Below, in pieces: positions 20,618 through 29,402 of a stretch of 64,000 nucleotides of DNA; the stretch's first letter is position 1, and every line of letters begins with the position of its first letter. Origin of the DNA: Erysipelotrichales bacterium (lineage in GTDB: Bacteria > Bacillota_I > Bacilli_A > Acholeplasmatales > WRBM01). The stretch covers positions 5,509 to 69,508 of the forward strand of contig WRBM01000005.1 in assembly GCA_009784525.1 (NCBI GenBank), written 5' to 3'. The notes beneath the pieces are model-generated. The model was not told where the DNA came from, made no database searches, and was given only the letters and a program-made list of their open reading frames with translations. Both the position numbers and the translations under genes were made by a program.

Positions 20618-21088
20618 ATGCAAATAAAAGAACTAATGAGTACCGATATTATTAAAATTCCAGGCACTACTTCTTTGCTTGACGCTGCCAAACTAATGAA
20701 AAAACACAATATCGGTTTTATACCTGTTACAGATCAGGATGTTGCGGTAGGGGTTATTACCGACCGTGATATTGTTTTAGCTTTGGCTAAGGACCAGAAA
20801 ACTGATATTAAGGTCAGTAGTTTCATGACTAAAAATGTTAAAACTTTAAAACCAGAAGATAAAATTGAAGTGCTTCATGAATTAATGGGACGCTATCAGA
20901 TTAAAAGAGTTTTAGTAACCGATGCTAATCAAAAATTGGCAGGCGTTGTTTCTCTCGCCGACATTGCCAGGCGTAAACATTTAGAGGAAACTGCTCAGGA
21001 AATTTTAATTGAAATTACTGACGACCCATCTAAAAAAATAGAATCTAATGGTCAAAGAGGTGTGAAAGTTGACGATTTCCCGCTTTAA
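20618..21088 (+). CDS. CBS-domain pair protein
   Basis: Two CBS repeats (IKELMSTDIIKIPGTTSLLDAAKLMKKHNIGFIPV and VSSFMTKNVKTLKP...IKRVLV). Confidence 0.85.
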   Translation: MQIKELMSTDIIKIPGTTSLLDAAKLMKKHNIGFIPVTDQDVAVGVITDRDIVLALAKDQKTDIKVSSFMTKNVKTLKPEDKIEVLHELMGRYQIKRVLVTDANQKLAGVVSLADIARRKHLEETAQEILIEITDDPSKKIESNGQRGVKVDDFPL

Positions 21089-21251
21089 AAATTGTCATTT
21101 TTTAGCCATAACGAATCAATATCCCTTCTTCTACTATGATAAAAAAATAATTCGGACTAAAAATAATAATGCAAAGTATTAAATTTTTTTCTGATTGGCT
21201 TGTTTAATCAATAAAAATCAAAAACTTAAAATTGCGATGTTTCAGATAAAA

Positions 21252-21284
21252 AAAGACATTTATCCAATGTCTTTTTCTTTTTTC
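21252..21284. terminator. bidirectional rho-independent terminator
   Basis: Perfect 9-bp stem AAAGACATT-tatcc-AATGTCTTT, flanked by an A-run upstream and a T-run downstream. Lies between the convergent CBS gene and the 276-aa gene. Confidence 0.7.
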
Positions 21285-21384
21285 TACTATTTTTTATAAA
21301 AATTTTAGCTTTAATTTTACTTTTTTATCGAAATATCTGCCAAATTTTTTTGGCTTTAGCTAAGCATCTTTATAGTTATAAAAG

Positions 21385-22270
21385 CTAACTGTTATTCCAG
21401 CGACTTCTAAACCTTAAATTAAAATTTACATTTTCATAACTGAACTGAGGATTATTACCGAAAATACCTGAACCAGATTGTCTTCTTAATCTCATAGTCC
21501 CTACAAAATTAACATAGAAATCATCTGGCATTCTTTCAGAATAATTTGTCATTTCAAAAACAACTCCTGGTTCAAAAGTAAATTGATTTGGTGTCATTTG
21601 AGGAAGACTATAGTGCCAAGTTGATTGAGAATTAGTCATAGTTACATTTGACAGAAAATTTTTATTAAATCTAACAACTCGATCTAAATCAATATTTGTA
21701 TAATGTGGTTGTCCAGCAAGTCCAACAGGCATAAATCCTGTGATCATTGATCTTCCCATTTCCACCCCAGGAGTAAGCATTGATCTTAATGTAATATTAG
21801 TTGGATTAGCAACTGGAAAAACATCGTGAACGAGCGGAACACCACCAAATCTCCATTCACTTAAATCCCATATATAATCAACAACTTGCTCAAGGTTGAT
21901 GGAAACATTGCCACTTAAGTTCTCCCAATTAATAAATTCTGTTCTGCCCTGATTTCTTAATGCTTGGCCGGGAGTAAATGTTACACTTGATTTTAGTATA
22001 TAAATACTACTTCTTGATTGTGGAATGATATATCTATAAACTCGAACACCAACAGTTACAGCTCCAAAAGGAGCCAATTCCCTTGTATTGCTTGTTGCCA
22101 TAACAAGCGATCTTAAAGGGATTTGCGCATTTAACGGCATAATTTCTACAGAATCATTTTCCTTATCACTATCATTGAAATATGATTTCTCGCTGACATC
22201 TAAGCTATTAAGCAAGGAGAGTTGTTATAATTGAAACACCAAATATTAACCAAAAAAGTTTTTTCATCAT
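21385..22270 (-). pseudogene. secreted beta-rich hypothetical protein, split by a frameshift from its signal peptide
   Basis: A 20-codon ORF (22208-22270, MMKKLFWLIFGVSIITTLLA-stop) has an extended -10 (TGCTATAAT, 22295-22303) and an AGG RBS. It is offset by one nt from the 276-aa body (21385-22215), which begins only at an in-frame TTG. Confidence 0.6.
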
Positions 22271-22359
22271 TAATTACCTATCTTTCTAAAATTAATTATA
22301 GCATATTATTCCAAAGTTCTACATTTTTTTCGTTCGTCAAAGCTCGACAAAAGATATAA

Positions 22360-22398
22360 TGAAAAATGCCACCTCAAATTAAAAGGGGCTAGCATTTT
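22360..22398 (-). terminator. rho-independent terminator ending the RHS-locus transcript
   Basis: Minus strand: AATGCTA(g)CC...GGTGGCATT bulged hairpin followed by TTTTTC. It precedes the separate promoter of the secreted-protein gene. Confidence 0.45.
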
Positions 22399-22524
22399 TC
22401 CATAATTTATAATGATTTTCTGATTTCTATTTTTCAAATGTACAAAGTAAACGCTAGTCTCTGACCTTTCACACCGTTTTGCATCCAGCTCCAGCGGTTC
22501 AGTCACTAAAGGAAGACTGCTTAA

Positions 22525-22624
22525 TCTAACCATACGCAGCTTAAGGATAACTCAACGCAAATGTTTATGTATATAATTATCTCGATTGTGTAACTATTAT
22601 GCACTAAACTAGCTGGATTCGCAA
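22525..22624 (-). pseudogene. decayed orphan copy of the RHS core-to-toxin junction
   Basis: About 100 nt align by eye to 23729-23835 inside the RHS gene, in the same orientation. Roughly 85% identity with an 8-nt and a 1-nt indel and an in-frame TAA. Confidence 0.75.
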
Positions 22625-22714
22625 AATTTTATTGATTTTCAAAAAAACGATAAAAAAAGCAAAACTCTTGAATGACTAAAAATCATTGAGAATCTTGCTT
22701 AATTTATTATTTAG

Positions 22715-23134
22715 CTAGAATTTCCTAATTGTCTTCTTAAGTTTAAGCATGTACAGCTGTCCTATTATGCCTATTAGAATCATAAAAATTACGAAAATAA
22801 TAATTAAAATTACTCTTGATAGCCTTATAAAACTTTCCTGATTAAAGACATAAGCTATATTACTAATTAAAGAAGAAATAATTAAAAAATGCGCAACTAA
22901 GTTTAGCCAAAAAATTGGCTTTGTAATTTCTCCTGTTTTTATTTCATAATAACTGAAAAAATATTTTGTAATTTTAAGCTTATAAATATTTTCATCAAAA
23001 TATTTTTCTTTATAAATTTTATCAAAAGCGCGTAATCCAGCATAAGTCAATACAGTAAATATTGCCCAAAATGCGAATCCATTTAAAATTGACTGTTGAA
23101 CAGGTGTAAATGATGACGCATATATTAATTCCAT
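22715..23134 (-). CDS. multi-pass membrane protein, putative immunity protein for the RHS C-terminal toxin
   Basis: 139 aa with 3-4 hydrophobic helices. Starts 15 nt after the RHS stop, with an AAAGGAAG RBS. This is the position typical of cognate immunity genes. Confidence 0.55.
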   Translation of the reverse strand: MELIYASSFTPVQQSILNGFAFWAIFTVLTYAGLRAFDKIYKEKYFDENIYKLKITKYFFSYYEIKTGEITKPIFWLNLVAHFLIISSLISNIAYVFNQESFIRLSRVILIIIFVIFMILIGIIGQLYMLKLKKTIRKF

Positions 23135-23149
23135 TTTTTTCTTCCTTTA

Positions 23150-26100
23150 CTATTTCAATTGACTTAGTATAAATTCCTTATGAGTTGATAATCCTATTAT
23201 ACTAAGCCCAAAAATTAATCCTTCTGTAGGCCATGGCTGACCTACTACCCCAAATATCGCTGATATCCCAACTTTACGCCAATCAATGGTTCCATTAAAT
23301 ACTGGTTGTGATCCTATTGAAACAGCACCATACGTTCCTGTTTTTCCAATTACTTTATACACGAGCCCAATCTTCGCTAACCCTATCGCCTTTGCGCCTG
23401 TAGTTGTCGCGACTGTAGTGACTACCCCAATAGTAAATCCATCTACAGCACCTTCAAGACTTCTTTTATTAAGAACACCAAATCCTGCGCTTATTCCACC
23501 AACAATTAATGAAGCTGTATAAACATATTTTGTGCTCTTATAAGCCCAGATAGCTTTTGTTGATAAACTGCCAATTGCCGTGAAGCTAACTGCACTTTTT
23601 TTGGCTAGTAACACAGCGACTCCGGCTTTACCTAATGTCAAAACATTTAGTGTCTTAAAGGCGATTATTGCTCCTACTCCAATCGCAAATCTAGTTGCTA
23701 GTGGAAGTCCTCTATACCATCCCATAAGTCTAACCATACGCGCTTGAAAACGACTCAACGCAAATGTTTCTGTATATAATGGCATTGTTGTCTCGATTGT
23801 GTAACTATTATACACTAAACTAACTGGATTCGCAACAGTTAATAGATAAGAATTTAAACTATTTGGTAAAATTGCCCTGTCAACCATTTCTTCTGGTGCT
23901 TCTGGGGAGATAAATTGCCGCATTATTGGCGAATAATATCTGCCTTCTATAAAATAAAGCTGAGTTTCTAAATCCAGATATTGGGATTTCCAGCGAATAG
24001 GGTTTCTGATTCCAATATGATTGCGATGGTTTTGAAGCGTGAGTTCATGGCTAGAACCTGATCTTACTTCTAAAACCCTAATAGTATTCCCCCAGGCATC
24101 ATACTCATACCTGATTATATGATTGTTATTCCCGCTCCTAAGCCCAATCACATTATTCAAGGTATCTTTAATAAAGTAATAAATAAACTCCTCAGAATCA
24201 TGAATAAGTCCACTCTCAAAACCTCTTGCGACAAAGCCAATAATTCCATTATAATCATAAATAAACCTTATATACCTTGTAGCGTTTTCCCGTTCTACTA
24301 ATAGCTTATTCCCATCATAAACATATTCGATTGTTTGATCTGGAAATTCAGCGGTTTTTTTGAATCTGATGCCTTGACTATTATAATGATATGTAAACGT
24401 CTGATTTCCTAAAAAACCAACATTATAACATCTTTTTAACAAGCTTCCTCTTTCCCATTCCATAGACCTTGACATATAATTAGTACAATTCCCTAACCTA
24501 TCATAATCAAAATTTAATGTTTGCTGGGGTCGTGTAATGCTCATTAATCTTCCGGCAATATAATTGTAGTTTATAGTAATTCCATTAAAGATTGGATTAC
24601 CATTATCTAGCCTAGTATCACCATCAAAGTCTTCTTCTTTAAGGCTTCCGTCAGTATTATATCTAAATCTTCTAAATTCTATATTCCTGCCAATTGTCTG
24701 TGATACTTCTGAGATGACTCTACTAGCTCTATCATAATTGTATAATAAGATTTGGTCGCCAACCTGCATTGCATTTGTATGCCAAGTAATCAAAACAGAT
24801 TGGATATTTCCGCGAGTATCAATCCAGTTATCTGAAAGATATCTGAAATCATTAGGTCTATTTGGTGTAACGCCGACGATTTGTCTTAATATTTCTGTTC
24901 CATTATGATATTGATAAGTTTCATGAAATCTTCTTTCAGATGATGTAATACCATGACGGGTACGCTCGAGGAAAACTTTTTCAGAAAATCTGCCAAAACG
25001 ATCATAACCATAATAAACATTAAGCAAGTCACGGCCATGTGGAGAATTTGGGTCAGTTAGGCTTTCTTCTGTCTCTGTAACCCTTGGCGCAAACAGATGG
25101 TTATCACTTAATATGATTCTTGTTAGCGATAAATTATGAATTCCCAAAGTCTGATGCATGCGATATTCTGTCCCGCGAGGATTAGCCCAAATGCTTACAT
25201 AAGGGCTTCTATATTCAGTAAGCTCATTTCCGTCACTATAAAAAAACGTATAACGAGCTTCTTCAAATGGATCTAAGTATTGGCTAATTTCTGAGACAAT
25301 TTCACTTTCTCTGATATTATTCTGTCGCATAAAAATGGTTTCTGAGCCATCTTCAATTGTACTGCTTACCCTACCATATTTGTCCAAAAAAATATTTGTC
25401 GTATCTATATCACTTGCGGTACGATATTTCATTGCTGTAACAATACTACTAGAGCGATCTATATGCATTTCCGTTATCGGACTGGAAACATTTGCTCTAA
25501 TTATGTTTGTGCGTTCAACATCGCCAAACTCGTTATATTGATATGCATAGCTGTAATTGCTTCCTTCTGACTGCAAGTTACTGAGTCTTCCAACATTTTC
25601 ATATTGAAGGATGTTCCTGCCATTAACATTATCTCTAATGTTATCTAAGCGATCAAACATTGAATTATAAGTACTATTAAGTTGATAATTACTAGTCATA
25701 TCTCTAGTACCATTAGCGTTGAAGCCAAAAAATTCACTTACATCAGGATTACTAAAAGGCGTCAGATATCTTAATACTCTTTCTGTTAATTGACTCCTTT
25801 CCGAAGCATTTGTGGAAGCAATATTTGTTGAATAAAGAAAAGTTTCATTGCTTACTTGCGGATGGCGTGTAATCCTTGTTACATTGTTCGATTGATTATA
25901 TGTATATTCATTACGAACTTCATACTCATCTACCTCTAATCGGATGCGCCCTTGGAAATCATGTCGTTCTTCGATTTGTCTTGTAATATTGTCTTTACGG
26001 GCTACTGATAAGGTACCGATACAAGCTGGTATAATTCCGCTAGCAGGAATAAAGTTAGTTGTTATTTGCGTAACAATTTCATTATTCATCGACCGACTTT

Positions 26101-27967
26101 CAATTAAGTATTCAGCTCGATTACTTGCTAAACGAACAGGCCAACTATTTTGGTTAAAAAAGATGTATCTTGCGCTTGAGACAAGCATTTTCCACGTCCC
26201 ATCACAAGCTGACAAAATAAAATGAGCTCCAGTTCTTTTGATAAAGCTCTCATAAGTCGCTTGGATATCACTTTCTGTAAAATAGAAATCGTTATTTACC
26301 CTTATACCTCTTTCAAAAGGCGTAAAAGTATCCCAAAAGCCAATAACATCAATATTCTCTAAAATTTCTCTATGTATAACGACTTGATTATTTGGTCTTG
26401 ATTCAGTCGTTGTCAAATACATTCTCGTTCTATCACTATAAACTATTTTCATGCCTGCTATCTTAGCCATTCTACCAGCTACACCGCCAGGAAAATGGAT
26501 TAAAATTTGCTCAAGATTATGATTTGGAATTTCAACCGTAACTTCAACATACTGCCAAACTCCATTAGCCCTATTATCAATTGTACTATAAGTTCTTGTG
26601 GTCTGTCCATTTGATCTGGTTGTAACAAGAATTCGATTATTGTTTAATCTTCCTTCTAATTTCAACCAAAATCCTACCGTAAAAAAGCGACATTCAGCGA
26701 AAGTATTGCGATAACTCCTAACATTTTCAAATCTTTGGCTTAATAAACCATCATTAGCATTAGTAATATCCCAACTAGTATGAATAGAAAAGCTATTTTC
26801 ACCATTTATCATTTCCTGATCATTACCTGGATTTAACATATCTCTGCCTGGTCTTTTTAGGAGTTCTCTCAAATCTGGTCCTACTGCTTCCAATATTGAA
26901 ACTAAAAAACCATCTAAATCAAAATAGTAATTTAGATTAATGCCTTTTTCATTTGTAAGTGTCGTCCGCCAAAAATTATTATCATAAGTAAAATTAGTCT
27001 TTTGATTTTGCTCACGAATCACAAGGTCATTTCTGACTTCACCAAAAAAAGAAACATCTAATGAACCACCAACTCTGATAAGTCCTCTGTTAGTGTTTGT
27101 TGCTGAAGCAATGCCTGTTTCTATTGCTGTTATTTTGTTAATTTCTTCTCTAATCTGACTATCATAAGTAATTTTGATTGTTTCATTATCTCTTGTATCA
27201 AAAAGTCCAGCTATTCTTGAAGAATTGGAATCATAAAAGATATGGGTTATATGTTCTGAAATCCGCTTATTATCCCGTCTTTCTCTTCTTGAAATAGTTC
27301 TTAAATTGTTACTTATGTCATAATCATAATTATAGGTTAAATAAATGCGATTATTTAAAATATATCTTATTTCCACAAGCATCATTTCACTATAGTGAAA
27401 AGTAATTCTTCGCCAAGGAATTCTTGCATCACGAACTTCTGATAAAAATCCATTTATATAAATAAAATTCTTAATACTAGCCATGTTCGTCGCTGATCTC
27501 GTTTCTGTAAGATTTCCTGATAAATCAAATCTAAGTTGGTTATCAAACTCATCAGTTATAATTTGACTATCAACTAACATGTTGTCTGGACCTGTTGTTG
27601 TAAGTATCAAGTTAAGTCCAGAAACGTCAAAATACTGATAAGTATTGCCGAGATGTCCCATGTAACGGAATATATGCGAAAAACCACTTTCATCAATATA
27701 AGTATATTGAATCAGATTCCTTGTTTGGCTAGAAGATGATCTTGTTAATGTGCGTCTAAGATTAAGTTTCCAATGACCTCTAAATCCTGATAAATTGTTA
27801 GCAATAAAACTTGGATTATAGATATGGCTGACATTAATTTGGAAATCACCACTTCCAATACTTGTGGCCGGAATTTCAGCTAAAACTCTTCCAGTTCGAA
27901 CATTAACAGAAACAAACGCATTTTTTATTTCATACTTTATTCTTGTATGACCAATATGCTCTTGCAC
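23150..27967 (-). CDS. RHS / YD-repeat polymorphic toxin (1605 aa)
   Basis: Many YD repeats (YEYDAWGN, FDYDRLGN, YGYDRFGR, YQYNEFGD). RHS-core end PIRWKSQYLDLETQLYFIEGRYYSPIMRQFISPEAP, followed by a 244-aa unrelated tail. GTG start 7 nt after GGAGG. Confidence 0.9.
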   Translation of the reverse strand: MQEHIGHTRIKYEIKNAFVSVNVRTGRVLAEIPATSIGSGDFQINVSHIYNPSFIANNLSGFRGHWKLNLRRTLTRSSSSQTRNLIQYTYIDESGFSHIFRYMGHLGNTYQYFDVSGLNLILTTTGPDNMLVDSQIITDEFDNQLRFDLSGNLTETRSATNMASIKNFIYINGFLSEVRDARIPWRRITFHYSEMMLVEIRYILNNRIYLTYNYDYDISNNLRTISRRERRDNKRISEHITHIFYDSNSSRIAGLFDTRDNETIKITYDSQIREEINKITAIETGIASATNTNRGLIRVGGSLDVSFFGEVRNDLVIREQNQKTNFTYDNNFWRTTLTNEKGINLNYYFDLDGFLVSILEAVGPDLRELLKRPGRDMLNPGNDQEMINGENSFSIHTSWDITNANDGLLSQRFENVRSYRNTFAECRFFTVGFWLKLEGRLNNNRILVTTRSNGQTTRTYSTIDNRANGVWQYVEVTVEIPNHNLEQILIHFPGGVAGRMAKIAGMKIVYSDRTRMYLTTTESRPNNQVVIHREILENIDVIGFWDTFTPFERGIRVNNDFYFTESDIQATYESFIKRTGAHFILSACDGTWKMLVSSARYIFFNQNSWPVRLASNRAEYLIESRSMNNEIVTQITTNFIPASGIIPACIGTLSVARKDNITRQIEERHDFQGRIRLEVDEYEVRNEYTYNQSNNVTRITRHPQVSNETFLYSTNIASTNASERSQLTERVLRYLTPFSNPDVSEFFGFNANGTRDMTSNYQLNSTYNSMFDRLDNIRDNVNGRNILQYENVGRLSNLQSEGSNYSYAYQYNEFGDVERTNIIRANVSSPITEMHIDRSSSIVTAMKYRTASDIDTTNIFLDKYGRVSSTIEDGSETIFMRQNNIRESEIVSEISQYLDPFEEARYTFFYSDGNELTEYRSPYVSIWANPRGTEYRMHQTLGIHNLSLTRIILSDNHLFAPRVTETEESLTDPNSPHGRDLLNVYYGYDRFGRFSEKVFLERTRHGITSSERRFHETYQYHNGTEILRQIVGVTPNRPNDFRYLSDNWIDTRGNIQSVLITWHTNAMQVGDQILLYNYDRASRVISEVSQTIGRNIEFRRFRYNTDGSLKEEDFDGDTRLDNGNPIFNGITINYNYIAGRLMSITRPQQTLNFDYDRLGNCTNYMSRSMEWERGSLLKRCYNVGFLGNQTFTYHYNSQGIRFKKTAEFPDQTIEYVYDGNKLLVERENATRYIRFIYDYNGIIGFVARGFESGLIHDSEEFIYYFIKDTLNNVIGLRSGNNNHIIRYEYDAWGNTIRVLEVRSGSSHELTLQNHRNHIGIRNPIRWKSQYLDLETQLYFIEGRYYSPIMRQFISPEAPEEMVDRAILPNSLNSYLLTVANPVSLVYNSYTIETTMPLYTETFALSRFQARMVRLMGWYRGLPLATRFAIGVGAIIAFKTLNVLTLGKAGVAVLLAKKSAVSFTAIGSLSTKAIWAYKSTKYVYTASLIVGGISAGFGVLNKRSLEGAVDGFTIGVVTTVATTTGAKAIGLAKIGLVYKVIGKTGTYGAVSIGSQPVFNGTIDWRKVGISAIFGVVGQPWPTEGLIFGLSIIGLSTHKEFILSQLK
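23729..23835 (-). repeat. intragenic copy of the direct repeat shared with the orphan fragment
   Basis: Encodes ANPVSLVYNSYTIETTMPLYTETFALSRFQARMVR, about 17 aa after the RHS-core end. Partner copy at 22525-22624. Confidence 0.75.
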
Positions 27968-27969
27968 AT

Positions 27970-29331
27970 TTATTCCTCCATTACTTTCTTGACTACTTCC
28001 GAGTCTTTTAATGATTTCATTTCTGTTTCACCAGTAGCTAAAATTTTTCTACTGCCTCGCCCTGTTATGAAAACTACATCATTATACTCGCATTCAATAA
28101 TCGCTTTTTTAATCGCTTCTTGACGATTTAAAATGATTTCAGAGGGAATTTTGTTATCTAAATAAGTTTGGAGTTCTTCACAAATTGCAAGTGCATCCTC
28201 AGCTGCTGAATCATTTTCCGTCAAATAAATAAAATCTGCCAAAGATTTAATATAATCCATAGCTTGTTTTCGAATTTTAGCTCTTTGACTAATATAGAAA
28301 TCGGACTTAAATATCGGCTCCCAACCTTTAAAGCCAGTCCCAGAAGCGCCTGTTACTAAGCGAATTTTATTGATTTCGCCATTTAACTGGTAATTTTTTA
28401 AATAATCCAAAGCTGGATCAAGAAACATTCCAACAATTACTTTGCAATTTTCAAATAAAAAAACTTCTTCTCTGCCTTGAACCTGAACATCTTGAATAAC
28501 ATTTAAAAATGCCTCAGTTTCAAAAATGTTTAAAGCTGCTAAAACTGTTATCGCACAGATAATGTTAAGGGCATTATAAGGCATAATCATTTGGGTAGCG
28601 AATTTAAAGAACTCTCCCTTGACTCTTAAATGAATTTCCATACCTTCTAAACTGTGCTCACAAAAATGCATAATTGTATCAAATTTTGTGTAATCTATAT
28701 TCTTTTGTTCAGCAGTATAAACAGAACCAAAAGTGAAACTTCTTTTATTATTAATATTTAATAACTCCTTAAGTTCCTCTTTTGCAATATCTCCTGTCGC
28801 ACCAAAAACATTTACAGACACTTCTTCTAGTGATGCATTTCTAAAAAAGGATTTTATTGAATTTACATATGTATCACTAGGTTCTTGATCTATATGGTGA
28901 TTCTTAAAAATATTAGTTAAGACTCGCACCGTAAAAGGAATGTCTTTTGTTATACCATTTACAATAGATGATTCGTTTACCTCGAGCACGAGGTAATCAG
29001 GTTGGAAAATTTCTGCTTCATAAATGATTCTTAAAAGCACACCTAAATTTAAAAGTGGTGTTTCACTTCCTTCACCAGGTTTTGAATTACCAGCTGGAGA
29101 ATAAATCTCTGCACTTGAATATAACATAGATTTAAAACCTTTAGCTCTTAAATATTCATGAATTACTTTTGCAGTTGTAGTTTTACCTCGGCTTCCAACG
29201 ATACCGATAATTTTAATTTTGTCTAAATTATTAAGTGTTTGCTCATTAAGTTGTTTTGGACTAAATTTGCCATTATTTTCTAAATCCGCAAAACTTTTTT
29301 GCATTTCAATTGGTATTAAATCAACTGGCAA
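27970..29331 (-). CDS. Mur ligase family protein lacking the N-terminal UDP-binding domain
   Basis: P-loop GIVGSRGKTTT, LEVNESS and LTNIFKNHHID (compare EVSSH and TN..DH.D), GREE, and a C-terminal TENDSAAED / ITGRGS region (compare T.DNPR.ED / AGKGHE). The track start is TTG. A better-placed ATT start lies at 29370-29373. Confidence 0.7.
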   Translation of the reverse strand: MPVDLIPIEMQKSFADLENNGKFSPKQLNEQTLNNLDKIKIIGIVGSRGKTTTAKVIHEYLRAKGFKSMLYSSAEIYSPAGNSKPGEGSETPLLNLGVLLRIIYEAEIFQPDYLVLEVNESSIVNGITKDIPFTVRVLTNIFKNHHIDQEPSDTYVNSIKSFFRNASLEEVSVNVFGATGDIAKEELKELLNINNKRSFTFGSVYTAEQKNIDYTKFDTIMHFCEHSLEGMEIHLRVKGEFFKFATQMIMPYNALNIICAITVLAALNIFETEAFLNVIQDVQVQGREEVFLFENCKVIVGMFLDPALDYLKNYQLNGEINKIRLVTGASGTGFKGWEPIFKSDFYISQRAKIRKQAMDYIKSLADFIYLTENDSAAEDALAICEELQTYLDNKIPSEIILNRQEAIKKAIIECEYNDVVFITGRGSRKILATGETEMKSLKDSEVVKKVMEE

Positions 29332-29402
29332 TTGACTTAATAATTTTTCTTTTAATTTTGATAATTTAATAATTATCGTCTCCTTTGTTAAAATTTAGTT
29401 AT

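Noticed and set aside
20506-20709. 67-aa minus-strand ORF overlapping the start of the CBS gene.
   Set aside because: It is antisense to a well-supported CDS and its promoter region, and the peptide is hydrophobic and low-complexity. It is likely spurious.
21385-22215. Assigning the 276-aa secreted protein to the leukocidin, aerolysin or ETX-type pore-former families.
   Set aside because: The only basis was beta-rich composition. I could not align any family signature from memory, so it remains hypothetical.
22208-22222. Programmed +1 ribosomal frameshift joining the signal peptide to the 276-aa body.
   Set aside because: There is no prfB-like slippery codon plus stop plus upstream SD arrangement (the sequence is CTC CTT GCT TAA). 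A pseudogene or an indel error is the simpler explanation. I cannot exclude recoding without data.
22306-22533. 75-aa ORF considered as a functional orphan toxin gene.
   Set aside because: The junction upstream of it carries indels and an in-frame stop relative to the RHS frame. It has no RBS, and the peptide has no recognisable domain. I treat it as a decayed remnant (see findings).
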